This document shows positions 23,250 through 36,562 of a stretch of 46,264 nucleotides of DNA, piece by piece. The notes under the pieces were generated by a model. It searched no databases. It worked only from the letters and a program-made list of their open reading frames with translations, and was not told where the DNA came from. The stretch is from Octopus sinensis. Its lineage: Eukaryota. Location of the stretch: contig NW_021834842.1 of the NCBI RefSeq assembly GCF_006345805.1, positions 1 to 46,264 on the forward strand. Direction: 5' to 3'. Numbering within the stretch: the stretch's first letter is position 1; every line of letters begins with the position of its first letter. Position numbers and translations under genes: made by a program.

Positions 23250-23289
23250 GTGTATGTGTGTGTGTGTGCGTGTGTGTGTGTGTGTATGT

Positions 23290-23610
23290 GGAGGCACGTG
23301 GCTTAGTCATTAGAACATTCGGCTCACGAGATCATAAGGTCGTGAGTTCAATTCCAGGCGACGCATCGTATCCTTGAGCAATCCATTTTATTTCACGTTG
23401 CTTCAGTCCACTCAGCTGGCCAAAATGAGTAGTACCTGTATTTCAAAAGGCCAGACTTGTCACACTCTGTGCCATGCTGAATCCTTCTGAGAACTACGTT
23501 AAGGGTACACGTGTCTGTGGAGTACTCTACCACTTGTACATTAATATCACGAGCATGCTGTTCCTTGATCAGATCAGCTGGAACCTTCGTCATCGTAACA
23601 GACGGAGTGA
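23290..23610 (+). mobile_element. SINE family B, full-length
   Basis: TGGCTTAGT A box, GTTCAATTCC B box, CORE-like CCTTGAGCAA..TTTATTTCACGTTGC, 3' end CGTAACAGACGGAGTG; colinear with the 30628, 32548, 35367 and 44025 copies. Confidence 0.9.
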
Positions 23611-23700
23611 TCTCTTTTATAATAGATATGTATATATATATATATATATATATTTAGTGTAAGAAGAAATGGAGCTGAACGAAGATTTAACAAACAATAA

Positions 23701-23764
<64 letters not shown>

Positions 23765-23796
23765 ATATATATATATTATATAATATATATATATCG

Positions 23797-23935
23797 AGGT
23801 CGTATGGTAAGAAGTTTGATAACCGATAACATCGTTACAGGTTCAATCCCGTTGTGAGTCACCTTCGGCAGTGTCTTCTACTATTGCTTTGGTCCGACCA
23901 AAATATTGTCAGTGGATTTGGAAGACGGGATTCTG
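23797..23935 (+). mobile_element. SINE family C, 5' half, diverged
   Basis: TGGTAAGAAGTTTG...GTGTCTTCTACTATTG...GTGGATTTGGAAGACGG. Confidence 0.7.
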
Positions 23936-24354
23936 CTGTGTGTATATTTGTTTGTGTTTGTGTTTGTTAGTATGTGTGTCTTTGTGTTTGTGTGTATGTG
24001 TATGTGTGTGTGTTTGTGTGTTAATATGTGTGTGTCTTTGAGCTTGTAAGTGTGTGTGTGTGTATATGTGTATGTGTGTGTGTTTGTGTGCTAATATGTG
24101 TGTGTCTTTGAGCTTGTAAGTGTGTGTGTGTGTGTGTGTATTGCTGGTGCTATTACATTTTTAACGCTGCTTTAGTAGTTTGCATGCGGGTGGCTAAGTT
24201 GTTAGGGTATTCGGCTGACGAGTGTAAGGTCACGAGTGTAAGACTGAAAGCTTGGTTTCAGGGAGATTTGCGTGATTTGGCTAAAAGATCAAGCAACCAA
24301 GTTGTCTCCATTGTTACCACATAAATAACGTTTCCAATATTACAGGTAAGGGTA

Positions 24355-24632
24355 AAGGCGCATGGCTCAGTGGTTAAAGTGGTGAGTTCGATTCTAAGAT
24401 CGGGCTGTTTGTTGCGTTCTTGAGCAAGACAATTTATTTCCCGTTGTTCCAGTTCACTCAGCTGTAGAAATGAGTTGCCACGTCACTGGTGCCAAGATGT
24501 ATTGGTCTTTGCCTTTCCCTTGGCTGACATGCATAGGCGACTGCTGGCCTTCCATAAACAACCTTGCCCAGACTTGTACCTCGGAAAGGAGTTTTCTACG
24601 TGCAATCCCATAGCCATTCGAGACCGAAGGGG
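24355..24632 (+). mobile_element. SINE family B2
   Basis: Colinear with the reverse complement of 1350-1687. Confidence 0.85.
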
Positions 24633-24689
24633 GTTTTTCCACCTTTACCCTTTATTACATATAAATCCTCTCTAAGACACACTAAGAGG

Positions 24690-24862
24690 AACGAAAGCAT
24701 AGCAGATCAGAAACAGCATGGAGAAAGTCTGCAAAAACTAAAACATTGGTAGGCGGGTAGACCTGGAAACAACCGCAACACATTGCCAAAGATCGAGGCA
24801 TATGGAAATCTCCTGTTGGTGCACTACGCTTCACATAGAATCAAAGGAATTCACTGACTGAT
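24690..24862 (+). mobile_element. RTE-like LINE 3' end fragment
   Basis: Translation QHIAKDRGIWKSPVGAL resembles the RTE C-terminal AxDRxxWRxxVxAL motif; short (CTGA) tail. Confidence 0.55.
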
Positions 24863-25165
24863 GGTCCGGCACTTTACTTTCTGAATTCGTGTCATACCAA
24901 TGTCAATTTTACTTTTCTTACTCCTGGAAACGATGAGGTAAAGTACTGTCCCTCGACGACGGATTAACGAAGTTGTTAGGTCCACCTACAAAGTACCATG
25001 TAGTCCTTGTTCCGATTCAGTACGTTTTTAATTCAAATTCCACCCTGGTCAGTTTTATCTTTCATATATCTGAAGAAGAAGAAACAAAATGTAGGTCACG
25101 GATAATGGATTAATGGAATTGTTAGAGAGTTAGACAAGATATCATGCTATATTTGTACTGATTCC

Positions 25166-25322
25166 AGGCGTAGCTGTGTGGTAAAAAGTTTGCATTTCAA
25201 CCACATGGTCCGGGTTCAGTCCCCCTGCGTGGTACCTTGGTGCAAGTGTCTTCTACGATAGCCTCGGAGCGACCAAAGCCTTGTGAGTGGATTTGGTAGA
25301 CGGAAACTGAAAGAAGCCCATC

Positions 25323-25400
<78 letters not shown>

Positions 25401-25655
25401 CTGTGTGCGTGTGCGTATGTATGCGTGTGTATGTCTGTGTGTCTTTGTGTTTCTCACCCCCACCGCTTGACGGCTTGATGACTGGTGCTGTTTTGCTTGC
25501 GTTCCCATAACTTAGCAGTTCGGCAAAAGAAACCGATAGAATAAGTACCAGGCTTAGAATAAAGATGCTACTGGGGTCGACTCGTCCGACTAAAAAATTT
25601 TCAGATTGGTGTCTCAACATGACCACAGCCAAATGACTGAAACAAATCAAAGAAA
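25166..25655 (+). mobile_element. SINE family C, full-length with internal (TA)n
   Basis: Complete colinear match to the reverse complement of 38519-38931. Confidence 0.9.
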
Positions 25656-26164
25656 GGTTAAAAGAAGAAAAACATTTTCAGTTCGATTTCCACGAAGGTA
25701 GATTTTTGTGTTAAATCCTTCTAAAGCCGCGCAACATGGAGGAGTGGTAGAATCGCTAAAGTTTCAATCAAACTATTTTGCTGTATTTTTTTTTAAATTC
25801 CTTACATTTTGAGTGCATGCCTGGAAAAACATGTCTATCTGTTTGTATCTAGCCGGCAGGATGGCGCCTTAAGAAGAAATATATTCTAAAAAAAAAGAGG
25901 GCTCCAGATAGAAAACAAGAATACGACCTCGTTTTTTTTTTTTTATAATTCCATGCAAAATCCATGTTAAGCATAGCGCGCTTGTCAAGCTAAATAATGC
26001 GGGGTTGTTGTTCGACCTCGTGACCTAGAAGGGAGAAGTACATTGGCGTATCTGTAATTGTGAATCAGCGGGTGCCGTGTCTTTAATAACAAGTTGTCTC
26101 TCGATGAACAAATTTCAGATTAACGTTTCGCAGTTTTGGCACAAGTTCGTATGATTTAAACAGA

Positions 26165-26501
26165 ATCCTCTCCCTTCTCTCGTCTCCTTCTCCCCCAACT
26201 CTTCTTCCTCCTCTTTCTCATCAACAACATCATCATGCTCATCATCATCATCAACATAATCATTCTCATAGCTATAATCTTCTCCAATACCAGTATCATC
26301 CCCATCATCGTCGTTGTCCTCGTTGTCATCGTCATCGTCGTCGTCATCATCATCATCATCATCATCATCACCACCACCACCACCACTACCACCGCCACTG
26401 CCACCACCATCATAATCAGCATCACCATCATAATAATAATCATCATCATCCCCACTACCTCCACTACCACCACCAACATCATCATCATCATCATCCTCAT
26501 C

Positions 26502-26535
<34 letters not shown>

Positions 26536-26666
26536 TCACCCCCGTCTCAGTGCTCTTTGCCACAGTTACCATGACCACCTTGACATCACTCATTCGCCAT
26601 CACAATCATCATCACCACCATCACCACCACCACCAGTCACCACTACCATATTGACGTGCCATCAAT

Positions 26667-26701
<35 letters not shown>

Positions 26702-26745
26702 TATCATCATCAACAACAACAACGTCAACGCCAACGCCACCACAA
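26165..26745. repeat. Degenerate (CAT/CAC)n trinucleotide tract
   Basis: Seen directly. Confidence 0.95.
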
Positions 26746-27206
26746 ATAACACGCATTTAATCAAAATTTTGAAAAAGTCGATCGAGAACACCAGGGCATT
26801 TGGGAATTGGTTATGGAGGAATATGGATAAGGTGTGGGAGAGATCATGTGCATCAGTGGTGGAGGGAGGGAAGGCGGAAGGGTCAGGTCCAAACATGGAA
26901 CCAATGGAATGGCCAATGGTGGTAAATTAGATTCTTGAACGATGTAAAACAGCCTATAGTGTGAGTGTGCAGAATAAAATAATTAATGGACATATATATA
27001 TATACTTTTATACAAATGTAAAGAGAGAGAGAGAGAGAGGTAGATGGGAGGGAGAGAGGAAGGGAGAAAGAAAGACTGAGAAAAAAAGAAAGAAAGAAGG
27101 AAAGAAATGCGAGAGAAAAAGAAAGGGGGGAAAAATTAGAGAAAGAAAGAGAAAAAAGAGGAAGATGAGTGAAAGAGATGGTTTGCCAACTGATGGCCGA
27201 AGCCGT

Positions 27207-27251
<45 letters not shown>

Positions 27252-27674
27252 TACGCATACACACATACAACTCACGTGCACACACTCATGTATACATACA
27301 ATTGCGCACATGCACATACATACATGTATACACACACGCATATACACACGCACACAAACACGTACACCAGCACACGCATACTTTCAATGACAGCCACCCC
27401 GTTATGATCACTGCAATCAGCTGGTCTAGTTCCACAACGTGGCTATGCAAAAAAAAAAAAACAAGTAACACTTGCACGCGTCGGTGTGATAATACTCAGA
27501 GATTGGTGACGGTGGGTAATGGCAGCGAAACGAGCAAAGTTTTTAGCAACGCTATTTGGAGAAAAATAGTTGTAACAACTTTCATGATTACTGTAGAGAA
27601 TTTGTTTCAAATTTGGTCGTGAAATTATTTTGTGTCAGTCCTGTGCTCATTAGAAAAGAAAATATTTGTATTTG

Positions 27675-28220
27675 CATACATACATACATACGCACATGCT
27701 TATATGCATAGCAGGCATGCATACATACATACATACATACATACATACGTACATGCATACATGCATGCATGCATGCATGCATACATGCATACATGCATGC
27801 ATGCATACATGCATACATACATACGTACATGCATACATGCATGCATGCATACATACATACGTACATGCATACATGCATGCATGCATACATACATACATAC
27901 ATACATGCATACATGCATGCATACATACATACATACGTACGTACATACATACATACATACATACATACATACGTACATACGCACATGCTTACATGCATGC
28001 AGGCATGCATACATACATACATACATACATACATACGTACATACATACATGCATACATACATACGTACATGCATACTTGCATGCATGCATACATACATAC
28101 ATACATGCATACATGCATGCATGCATACATACATACTACATACATACATACGTACATGCATACATGCATGCATACATACATACATACATACATACACACG
28201 TACATACATACATACATACA

Positions 28221-28252
<32 letters not shown>

Positions 28253-28270
28253 CATACTTATATGCATACA
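27675..28270. repeat. (CATA)/(CATG)/(CGTA) compound tetranucleotide array
   Basis: Seen directly; source of the long stop-free ORFs on both strands. Confidence 0.97.
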
Positions 28271-28271
28271 T

Positions 28272-28631
28272 AATGGCCGTCCACTCGTGACCGAGGAAGA
28301 CCTTTGCTGACCTTTAGGAACATCGTGCGCTCTAGGACTAACTTATGCTTTGTATTTGCGGGTCCGTTGGTGGTTACAGAGCTCTGCGCTTAAGAATAAA
28401 TGACTGCAAACATTGCAAACTCAGCTTTCCACATTCATTATGCTAGCAGTGCGCTTTCGAGCAGCACGCTTAAATTCTTCATGAAGGATACGTGCTTTTT
28501 CAAAAGTGTCGACTCCTTCCTTAACCTGCTTCCCTTATCTGTAGTGATGATAGGCATTGTTCTCCCAGTCGGTCCCCTGCATATCACAGGCTTTTAATGA
28601 GGACTTGACACAGTCCTTAAAGCGCAGCTTT
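28272..28631 (-). mobile_element. RTE (BovB-like) LINE 3' fragment
   Basis: KLRFKDCVKSSLKACDM...DWENNA...VKEGVDTFEKARILHEEFKR...CNVC; parallels the C-terminus of 8851-10150. Confidence 0.8.
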
Positions 28632-28918
28632 TCATACATACATACATACATACATACATACATACATACATACATGTAATTTATCAATGTAAGGTAATAA
28701 GTATCGATCTAGTACATAACTACATATGACTTTACCTCCAACCAAATTTTTAGTTACAACCATACATTTAAGAACCACGTCTTTATCTCAATTTATATGG
28801 GATTTGAAAAGTAAAACTTTCACTTGTAACTTACAATGACGTTTAGTGTCTGAAGTCAGTTAATTCACGGAAAATAAAGTAGTCTGCAATTTATGTGCAA
28901 TTGAAATCTGCATACTAC

Positions 28919-28959
<41 letters not shown>

Positions 28960-29034
28960 ATCGGTCTCTCTTTCTCCCTCGATCCCTCTTTCTCTCCTTT
29001 GCTTCTGGGAGAAATTCAGGGCTAATAAAAGTGG

Positions 29035-29400
29035 CAACAGTAATTCAACGTAAGTGGTGGCAGATCTTTCTTGCTTTCTTTTTCTTTGAGCTGATTCCCA
29101 TAATAGCATTTTAGGAATTTATTACTTCGCTGTGAGTATCCACTACATTTCAACCTCAGTATATTTACAGTCTCAGTCATCTTAGGAATATTACCGTGTA
29201 GTTGCTACTTTATTTGATGTGTTTTTCTATGACATTTTTCTTGCTGTTCTGAGAAACCAGAAGCATAGTCCATCTAGACGTTTATCCTAACAGAGTGATT
29301 TAATAAGGGTCCAGCATTGTGCTCGTAGAGAATTTTCTTTTCGTGGACATAAAAGTTTTGAAACTTATTTAAACTATAAACTTGAAGCTCAACCACAAAG
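29035..29400 (-). mobile_element. Highly decayed RTE-type LINE fragment
   Basis: Frameshifted remnants CWTL, KRLDG, QLHGNIP, LLWESAQRKRKQERSATTYVE (LLWxPxxGxRxxGRPxxTY motif). Confidence 0.55.
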
Positions 29401-29934
29401 ATAAATTTTGTCTGCAAATTCATTGTGGATTATAACAATTATGTATTTTAAGTATCTCTCGGACCTCTAATTCTTTCCTTTCTCTGCAGTCTGCTTCCGT
29501 TGGCCCATTAAACCTCTTCAAGATACGCTCAAACTTGGCGATACTCCAGATATTCGCTAAATATGCTATACAGTTAGTTATTTGCCGTATAATCAGAATA
29601 AAAACGATAATATTTAACAGAATAATTGAAACAACTTATCTCCAACCCATAAACTATTAAAACATTTTTATAGTAATGCTTACTGTAATTTACATAGTGT
29701 GCAAGTGTGTGTATGAGCCTGTGTCTGTGTATGTGCAAATACCTGTGTATGTGAGTGTGTGTTCGTAAGTATGTGCGCGTGTGTTTGTGTGGGTGTCTGT
29801 ATGAACAAATGTGTGTGCATATGTCTCTGTGTATGTGAATATGCTGACTAGTATATGAGTGTATGTGTGTGTATGAGTGCGTCTACATGCGCGTATATAT
29901 ATGTATACATATGTGTGTGTGTGTGTGTGTATAT

Positions 29935-30007
<73 letters not shown>

Positions 30008-30627
30008 CATATATATATATCTTACCATCTTACCAAGGTGAAAAACTTCCGCGACCTTTAATAAATAAAAATCGATCATTGATAATATTGATTTTAATAA
30101 AATTGATATTTCTATCTAAAGGTGGACTATATCTTGCCATAATGGTGTTTTGTTAAACTGTTTTATTGTCTGCTTATATCTGGTTCACAACTCCTCGTTA
30201 TCATGTCGTTTTTCTCGACTATAAAAGAAATCGGTGACTAATCAACATTGCAACATTCTGATCATTTCGTGAAGATCGAACAGACATAGTTAATTAAATC
30301 AATATCAATAACCTAGATCAATCGATGCCGTAGGTTTGTCGGTAACGACATTCCCAAGATCTATCGAACCAGAACGTAAATATAAAAACAACTCTCGATA
30401 TGAAGACTTAATTAGATGAGCTTTCTGCGTTGTTTCCTGATCTCCTAGAAATGACAGCTAAATGTTACGGAAGAATTCAGCTCCGACTGTTGCAGTACAT
30501 TGAAGCAGTAATACACATTATACACACCACAAGAAATCGCAGCACAATCTATGTTGCAATAGAACGCAGAAATAAAACAGGTGCCTTCTTAACAGAGTGT
30601 AACTGTAACAGATCTTTGTTACACTGC

Positions 30628-30948
30628 TGGCACTCCGTCAGTTACGATGACACAGGTTCTATTTGATCCGATCAATGGAACAGCTTCCTCGTGAAATTAA
30701 CGTGCAAGCGGCTGAGCACTCCACAGACACGTGTACCCTTAACGTAGTTCTCAGGAAGATTCAGCGTTATACAGAGTGTGATAAAGCTGCCCCTTCGAAA
30801 TACAGGTACTCCTCATTTTTACCAGTTGAGTGGACTGGAGCAACGTGAAGTAAAGTGTCTTGCTCAAGACCTAACGCGTCGTCGGGAATTGAACCCACGA
30901 CCCTGCGATCGTGAGTTGAATACCCTAGCCATCAAACCAAGCATCTTC
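30628..30948 (-). mobile_element. SINE family B, full-length
   Basis: Reverse complement colinear with 23290-23610. Confidence 0.9.
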
Positions 30949-31129
30949 GCTCTTCGTTATAACAGCATACGCAATTAAAGTAGACTATGATCCAAGGCAT
31001 GACGGTAACACAGATCATCATACAGCCAAACAAAACTTTAATGTTATTCAAGTTACAGCAACACTGTAACATAGACCGTGACACTACAGAACCTAACTGT
31101 AACTTAAACCTCGTCACAATATAATCTAA

Positions 31130-31600
31130 CTGTAACACATACCTCCACAGAATAGGCTCTCACAGTAACACAGACCATGGGAGAACAGAACCAAGCTGTA
31201 ACACGGACACGGCACATCAGAACCTCACGGTAACGCAGACCTCCACAGAATAGGCTCTCACAGTAACACAGACCATGGGAGAACAGGACCAAGCTGTAAC
31301 ACGGACACGACACATCAGAACCTCACTGTAACGCAGACCTCCACAGAATAGGCTCTCACAGTAACACAGACCATGGGAGAACAGGACCAAGCTGTAACAC
31401 GGACACGGCACATCAGAACCTCACAGTAACGCAGACCTCCACAGAATAGGCTCTCACAGTAACACAGACCATGGGAGAACAGGACCAAGCTGTAACACGG
31501 ACACGACACGTGAGCGCCTTACTGTAACGCAGACCTCCACAGAATAGGCTCTCACAGTAACACAGACCATAGGAAAACAGAACCAAATTATAACACAGAT
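31130..31600. repeat. 98-bp minisatellite, ~4.7 copies
   Basis: Unit ACACGGACACGGCACATCAGAACCTCAC.GTAACGCAGACCTCCACAGAATAGGCTCTCACAGTAACACAGACCATGGGAGAACAGGACCAAGCTGTA; ORF-track offsets of 98. Confidence 0.97.
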
Positions 31601-31704
31601 ATGACAAAACAGAACAGAACCTAACCGAAATAAGGACCACGACATACAATTGCTGCAGTTGCAAATGTTGTTGTTGCTGTTCGTTTCAGTTGTATTTTTC
31701 GTGC

Positions 31705-32395
31705 TTTTGTGGTTAAATAGTTAGCTTCGTAAACACGTGACTGCGGGTTCCTTCTGAATCGACCAATGCTTTGGGAATGATTTTGGTAAACGGAAACTGT
31801 GCGGAAGCCTCACATATATACACTCACACACTTACACACACAGACACACCACACACACACACACATTTATATACTTGTGTGTGTGTGTGTATGTGTGTGT
31901 GTGTGTGTGTATGTGTCTATACGTGTTTGTATTCTATATGTGTTTATATCTGTATGTGTGTTTGTGCATGTCTCTCATCTCTTAGCAACTGGTGTCGCTT
32001 TGTATCTCTGTATCGATCAATACCTTGGGAATGATTTTGGTAAACGGCAACTGTGCGGAAGCCCCCACATACATACACTGACATTTACACACACACACAC
32101 ACACATTAACATGTTTGTATATATATATATGTGTATGTGTATATAATTATATACTTTTATTCTTTTATGCTTCATCCCTAAGGCTGTGGCCATACTGGGG
32201 CATATATATATATACATACACATGTTTGTATATGTATGTGTGTTCGTGCATGTCTTACCGCTTGGTAACTGGTGTCGCTTTGTTTGCGTTTCTGCAACTT
32301 AGTGGCTCGGCATAAAGATGGAGTGGATTTGATCGACTAAACCTTTTCAAGGCAGTGCTCCCGCATGGCCACTATCCAATACCTTGAACAAATTA
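31705..32395 (+). mobile_element. Degenerate SINE family C with internal duplication
   Basis: TTGGGAATGATTTTGGTAAACGG.AACTGTGCGGAAGCC occurs at ~31771 and ~32025; 3' GCATGGCCAC end. Confidence 0.65.
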
Positions 32396-32547
32396 GACAG
32401 TATACTATATCTAAGACTACATAACCGTATTTTTTAACGCCAGGATGTGGTTGAGGGATAAATTTCGCTGTTAATTCTAGCAGGTTGAGTTACTCTGTTA
32501 AGGCTTACATGTTCGCTCTCATTGTTAATATGTTTTATTTCCTCTGC

Positions 32548-32851
32548 GAAGGTACGTGGCTTATTGGTTGAGGTATTCGGCTCACGTTCGCAAGGTCGTG
32601 AGTTCAATTTCCGGCAACGCGTTGTGTCCTTCAGCAAGACATTTTATTTCACGTTGCTCCAGTCCACTCAGCTGGCAAAAATTAGTAGTACCTGTATTTC
32701 AAAGGGTCAACCTTGTCACATTCCGTGTTACACTGAATCTCCCTGAGAACTGCATTAAAGGTACACGAGTTTGTGCATGTTAATCTCACGAACAGGCTGT
32801 TCCATTGATCGGATCAACTGGAACCCTCATCGTCGTAACCGACGGAGTGCT
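32548..32851 (+). mobile_element. SINE family B
   Basis: Colinear with the other B copies, small internal deletion. Confidence 0.9.
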
Positions 32852-33253
32852 ACGTGTTATAAGTAAATGAAGGTGTTTGTGCGAAAATATCCGGTAGATT
32901 AAAAAGGCAAGAAAGTACAATACAATCTTTTCATTATGGTCGATATTGCCTTTCACTCCTTCGGGATCGATAAAATAATGTGTGTGTGTGCGCGCGAGCC
33001 AAATGTCGCTAAAATAGGGAGGGTTTTCCATCACTTTTCTGAGGTGCTCTTGAAAATTGCGAACTGAAAAAACTAACGAAATCTAAGGTAGTGTCAAAAA
33101 TCTACAAATAAAGAATTTATACATCAATATGTTGAGTTGTCACTCTCACTCCTCGTCACCAATGTACACATACTCCCATATTTTCGAATAATGGATCAGA
33201 CACGAACAATATACATGTGTGCGTGTATGTGTGTGTGTGAGTGTTGTTTGTGC

Positions 33254-33291
<38 letters not shown>

Positions 33292-33308
33292 ATATATGTA
33301 TATACATA

Positions 33309-33444
33309 CGAGGGGTGTATGAAAAGTTTTGAGCCTTCAGGGCCCTTGAGCCTTGAATTCTTGTATCATCATCAGAAGTCTTGTACCATGTTTATTTTTA
33401 GTGGTGGTGGTGGGGAGGGCTCAAGACTTTTCATACACCCCTCG
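33309..33444. mobile_element. 136-bp mariner-type MITE
   Basis: TIRs CGAGGGGTGTATGAAAAGTTTTGAGCC / GGCTCAAGACTTTTCATACACCCCTCG; TA on the left, TT on the right. Confidence 0.9.
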
Positions 33445-33473
33445 TTTTTGTTCCACTTATATATATATATATA

Positions 33474-33535
<62 letters not shown>

Positions 33536-33552
33536 TGATAGATATATATAGA

Positions 33553-33582
<30 letters not shown>

Positions 33583-33584
<2 letters not shown>

Positions 33585-33733
33585 CTCTTTTACTCTTTTA
33601 CTCTTTTACTTGTTTCAGTCATTTGACTGCGGCCATGCTGGAGCACCGCCTTTAATCGAGCAACTCGACCCTGGGACTTATTCTTTTGTAAGCCCAGTAC
33701 TTATTCTATCGGTCTCTTTTGCCGAACCGCTAA
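33583..33733 (-). mobile_element. SINE family C, 3' fragment
   Basis: (TACTCTTT)n tail, then near identity to 38536-38662. Confidence 0.9.
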
Positions 33734-33839
33734 ACATATATATATATACATAGACACAAGCATATATACATACAGATAGACACGCGCACATACATACATA
33801 TATGTACTCACACATGCATACACACACACACTCACACAA

Positions 33840-33937
<98 letters not shown>

Positions 33938-33960
33938 ATATATATATATATATATAGATA

Positions 33961-34154
33961 AAAATTCCCCAAAACAGAAAAATAGCTTTTAGCCAACACA
34001 TAGATACTTGCGCCAACAAAAAAACACCAAACTTCAGAATTTCCCCCTCTACCAATTTAGGGACGATACAACCTCGAGACAACGAATAAGTAAAGAAAAT
34101 CTCTTTATTACAAAATACAAGCCACTTCTAAACGGGTCTACGACAAACAATTAA
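33961..34154 (+). pseudogene. GIY-YIG endonuclease C-terminal fragment (Penelope-like)
   Basis: KIPQNRKIAFSQHIDTCANKKTPNFRI /frameshift/ PLYQFRDDTTSRQRISKENLFITKYKPLLN; the RxxxExxxIxxxxPxLN motif is typical of GIY-YIG domains. Confidence 0.75.
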
Positions 34155-34883
34155 TATACCTCAACTTTAGAATAAAAGAAAAAAATATATATACACACAA
34201 ATATTACACTCCATAGAATCCATTACTAATCAGCCCCTTCATAGCTATACTTACACCCATTCATATTCCCCCTTCTCTGTTTTTTTCTTCTTCTTCTTCC
34301 TCTTCTTCTTCATCATCATCATTATCATCATCATCGTCGTCATCATCATCACCACCATCATCACCACCATCTTCTCCTTCTCCTCCTTCTTCTTCATCAT
34401 CATCATTATCATCATCATCGTCGTCATAATCATCACCACCACCACCATCATCGTCATCTTCTCCTTCTCCTTCTCCTTCTCCTTCTTCTTCTTCTTCTTC
34501 TTCTACTTCTCCACCCCCTACCCCTTAACTTTGTCACTAATGTTTTTTAGTATAACACCTACGCTAATTCTATAAACTACGCTAATTCTATAAACAAGCC
34601 TGTCAATATAAATATTCTCCTGAATTGAACTGAGACTGCCAGCCGCCACTGACCATTCAAAATACGACCATCAGGGCACTCCCAGATTCTCCCATCCCCC
34701 TTTCCCCACCAGCCTTCTTCCTCTACTACCCTTCCAAGAACTCACAACGACCTCCGACACACAAGTGCAAACAAGGGAGTCAGAGAAAGGCAGAATGCCA
34801 CTTAAATCTGAACACTACTATAGAAATATTCTTTTAAAAAAACTTTTCTTCTAATTTTTCTACATTTAATTATTTAATCGTTA

Positions 34884-34921
34884 CAGTTGAAAAGGTCTCA
34901 AAATGACCGAAACCGGTACTG
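34884..34921 (+). ncRNA. Minimal type I hammerhead with U3:A8 covariation
   Basis: CAG-TTGAAAA-GGTC(TCAAAAT)GACC-GAAAC-CG-GTA-CTG. Confidence 0.7.
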
Positions 34922-34974
34922 AAATGTTCACTATAAAATTATTTTAGCATTTTCTATTTTTGACTTGTTTTTTC

Positions 34975-35007
<33 letters not shown>

Positions 35008-35366
35008 ACTACTTATATAGGATGAAGTTTTTTACAGAAAAAATTCCATCAAAAAATGTGGCAGCATTATTTCTATGCCAATATTGGCATAGAAATAATT
35101 TTCTTTAGCCCTTATTTATAAGTTGTATATACATATATATATATATATATATATAATATATATACACACACATAGTAGCTGCTTTCTCGTATACGATCAA
35201 GGCCATTGCTGAAAAGAATCATTGAAATGAGTCATTGATGATGCATTGTGAGGCCCTTGTATGACTGCTGACCCCGGCGGAATATTTTCATGTCCTATTG
35301 CATAATGCACACCTGTGCTGACTGGCTGGCAGGCAGAAGTATGCCAGGGAATATAAATAATTATGT

Positions 35367-35651
35367 GAAGGCGCGTGGCTTAGCGGTTAGGGCATTCGCT
35401 TTACGATCGTAAAGTTGTGAGTTCCATTCCCGGTGACGCATTCTGTCCTTGAGCGAGACACTTTATTTCACGTTGCTCCGCTTCTTTCAGCTAATAAAAA
35501 GGAGTGGAGCCTGTATTTCAAAGTAGCCACCTTTGTCACATTCTATGTGTGTGGAATACTCGGCCTCTCTCAAGTTAATTAATTTTACGAGCAGGTTGTT
35601 CCGCGGATCGGATCAATTGATACACTCGCCGTCGTTACTGATTGAGTGCCA
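35367..35651 (+). mobile_element. SINE family B
   Basis: Colinear with the other B copies, internal deletion. Confidence 0.85.
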
Positions 35652-35929
35652 GAATAATTATGTACATTGGGGACTCGATACCCTGTGTTGAAACCGAAAT
35701 AACTATAGATCGAAGTAAGAACACTTTTGCCCATTTAAGAACACTATATTATCCACTTACCAACACACAAACGCTATTATTTCTTAATCATCTCTTAATC
35801 TATTGTAGAACGCCAAAAAATTTCGCATTTTGCAACTTCATCACAGACAAAATTGCCTTTGAACAATATCTCGTGAGTGGAATTACATAAGCGAAATCTT
35901 TACCCAATAGCTCGTCGTATAGTCACCTA

Positions 35930-36562
35930 ATCATACATATATATATATGTATATATGTATATATACATATATATATGTGTGTGTGTGTGTGTATGCATAT
36001 ATACATACATACATGCTAGGTATGTACATACATATCTCCATACATGCATATATACAAACCTACAAAGGTACATACATATACATGTATGCATATACATACA
36101 TGCATACACACATACGTACATACATATGTTCATAGCTGCATACATATAAACAAACATATAATCATACAAACTTACATACAAGCACACATACAAGCACACA
36201 CGCATACATACATACATACATACATACACATACATACATGCACATATAAATACACACATACGCATATACATAAACACATACATACACACATACGTGCATA
36301 CATACATACATACATACATACATACATACATACATACATACATACATACATACGTACACAGATACGTACGAATATACATTCTTACCTGCGCAGAAACGCA
36401 TACAAACATCAATGCATCTATAGTTCTTATTTAAATGACAGCCAAGCTCACACACACAAACACACACGCACACACGCACACACACACACGGACGCACATA
36501 CACACACACACACACCACACACACACACACATACACACGGACGCACACACGGACGCACGTAC
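35930..36562. repeat. Degenerate (CATA)/(CA) tract
   Basis: Seen directly. Confidence 0.9.

Larger units (their letters stand above)
33960..34975 (+). mobile_element. 5'-truncated Penelope-like retroelement (GIY-YIG tail, 3' UTR, HHR-bearing terminal repeat)
   Basis: Endonuclease C-terminal remnant, then HHR at 34884-34921 on the same strand; flanked by (TA)n on both sides. Confidence 0.75.

Noticed and set aside
27588-28310. ORFs of more than 200 aa
   Set aside because: Stop-free because of the (CATA/CATG)n composition.
31130-31600. Cys-rich repeat protein or CRISPR array
   Set aside because: 98-bp period breaks frame and there are no variable spacers.
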